Origin: a bacterium
GTDB lineage: Bacteria; Zhuqueibacterota; Zhuqueibacteria; Oceanimicrobiales; Oceanimicrobiaceae
Length of the DNA: 15,704 nt
Assembly (NCBI GenBank): GCA_046757525.1
Contig: JBHHYI010000095.1
Span: 1-15,704, forward strand
Direction of reading: 5' to 3'
Shown in pieces: positions 14,431-15,704 of the stretch. The position numbers were made by a program, and so were the translations under genes. The notes below the pieces were generated by a model. The model was not told the origin of the DNA, did not search any database, and saw nothing but the letters and a program-made list of their open reading frames with translations. Every line of letters starts with the position of its first letter. Position 1 is the stretch's first letter.

Positions 14431-15704
14431 ATGCAAATTGATCAACTAAAACCAGACATTATCATCCGGGGCCCATTCTTCCCTGAGCCTGTTCAGATCA
14501 TTACCACGATTCAGATGGGCCAATCCTATAAAATTGAGGGCAGGGGAATAAAGACGGGACAGGTCCACCGGCCAATTTTGAGCCCACAGCAAATAGCGTT
14601 GTTAGAAGCCAGCCCAGAAAAGGAACCCTTCGACGGCGACGCCCAAAAATTTCGGCTCGCCATCGAGGCGATTCGTCTTGGTTTAGCCTATGAATATGAT
14701 CCTTACTTCAGTTTGTCAATAGCTCGCGTTGATCCTCTGCCCCACCAATTGGAGGCGGTTTATTACTACTTCTTAAAACTTTCACGAATCCGGTTTCTCC
14801 TCGCAGATGACCCCGGTGCAGGAAAAACCATCATGGCCGGACTTCTCGTTAAAGAACTCAAGATTCGGGGACTCATCAAGCGGATTCTGATCGTTGCCCC
14901 GGCTAACCTTACCTTCCAATGGCAGCGAGAAATGCGAGACAAGTTTCGTGAGAAGTTTGAGGTAGTGCGCGGCGAAGTTCTGCGCGCAAACTACGGCTCC
15001 AATCCCTGGCAGGAAAAAGACCAGGTGGTGACCTCGGTTTCCTGGATTTCGAGAGTTGAGGACGCAAAAGAGAGTCTGCTTCGAAGTACCTGGGATTTGG
15101 TAATCGTTGATGAGGCTCACAAGATGAGCGCTTATAGCTCAGACAAGAAAACGCTGGCCTATCAGATCGGGGAAGACCTGGCTGAAAGAACAGACCATTA
15201 TTTACTCATGACCGCAACGCCGCACAAAGGCGATCCAGAAAACTTCCGGCTATTTTTGGAATTGCTCGATAAAGACGTTTACGCAGACGTCAAAAGCCTC
15301 GAAGAAGCGATGGAAAAACACGAAGCGCCTTTCTATTTGCGCCGCATCAAAGAAGCGCTAGTCAGCTTTCCTCATCAAGAAACCGGTGAAGTCAAGCAAC
15401 TTTTCACCAAACGTATCGTGAAGACGGCTCCATTCAAACTCAACGCCGAGGAAAGCGATTTATACGATGATTTGACTCGCTACGTCGAGGACCAATCGAT
15501 TAAGGCCTCTCAGGATGACTCTTATCGCGGCCGTGCCCTTGGCTTCACCATGGCCATGCTGCAGAGGCGTTTTGCTTCCAGCGTCCGTGCGGTTTGCCGG
15601 AGCCTGGAACGTATGAAAGACCGGCGCGAGAAAATCCTGGCCGATCCAGAAGGTTATCGTCAGGAACAGATTTACAAGAAAGTCCCTGAAGATTTTGACG
15701 ATCT
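14431..15704 (+). CDS. SNF2-family (superfamily 2) helicase/ATPase, partial, runs off the window end
   Basis: Open frame from ATG 14431 (MQIDQLKPDIIIRGPFFPEPV...) to the window end. Motifs PLPHQ (Q motif), LLADDPGAGKT (Walker A), IVAPANL.FQW, VIVDEAH (Walker B), LMTATPHKG, LRRIKE, LQRRFASS. Absent from the ORF track, presumably because it has no stop in the window. Confidence 0.93.
   Translation, partial: MQIDQLKPDIIIRGPFFPEPVQIITTIQMGQSYKIEGRGIKTGQVHRPILSPQQIALLEASPEKEPFDGDAQKFRLAIEAIRLGLAYEYDPYFSLSIARVDPLPHQLEAVYYYFLKLSRIRFLLADDPGAGKTIMAGLLVKELKIRGLIKRILIVAPANLTFQWQREMRDKFREKFEVVRGEVLRANYGSNPWQEKDQVVTSVSWISRVEDAKESLLRSTWDLVIVDEAHKMSAYSSDKKTLAYQIGEDLAERTDHYLLMTATPHKGDPENFRLFLELLDKDVYADVKSLEEAMEKHEAPFYLRRIKEALVSFPHQETGEVKQLFTKRIVKTAPFKLNAEESDLYDDLTRYVEDQSIKASQDDSYRGRALGFTMAMLQRRFASSVRAVCRSLERMKDRREKILADPEGYRQEQIYKKVPEDFDD

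Noticed and set aside
14782..15120. 112-aa minus-strand ORF
   Set aside because: Antisense shadow of the SNF2 helicase.

Overview
Bacterial window, about 50-55% GC by eye. The gene types suggest an FCB-group organism such as KSB1 or Calditrichota; this is inference only. Left half (144-8037, minus strand): a fatty-acid beta-oxidation cluster of TetR/FadR(YsiA)-type repressor, FadJ/FadB-type hydratase-dehydrogenase, VLCAD-like acyl-CoA dehydrogenase, etfB, etfA and a SPOR lipoprotein. It is preceded by a sigma70-like promoter next to a palindrome with perfect 9-bp arms that matches the Bacillus-type FadR box. Two intergenic gaps hold non-autonomous mobile elements: a 202-bp MITE with 18-bp TIRs and a perfect 7-bp target duplication, and a 433-bp nested element with IS66-like GTAA ends. 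Both carry TGTC-hairpin REP-like arms. Middle: a two-gene nucleotidyltransferase plus small-protein module bracketed by 43-bp palindromic direct repeats, a collapsed M28/GCPII peptidase remnant, then a lipoprotein and a TonB-dependent receptor. Right end: DUF4160/DUF2442 toxin-antitoxin remnants, a ~110-nt three-way-junction structure upstream of a signal-less SNase nuclease, a small membrane protein, and the 5' part of a SNF2 helicase absent from the ORF track, probably the start of a defence locus. All family assignments are by motif recognition; no searches were run.
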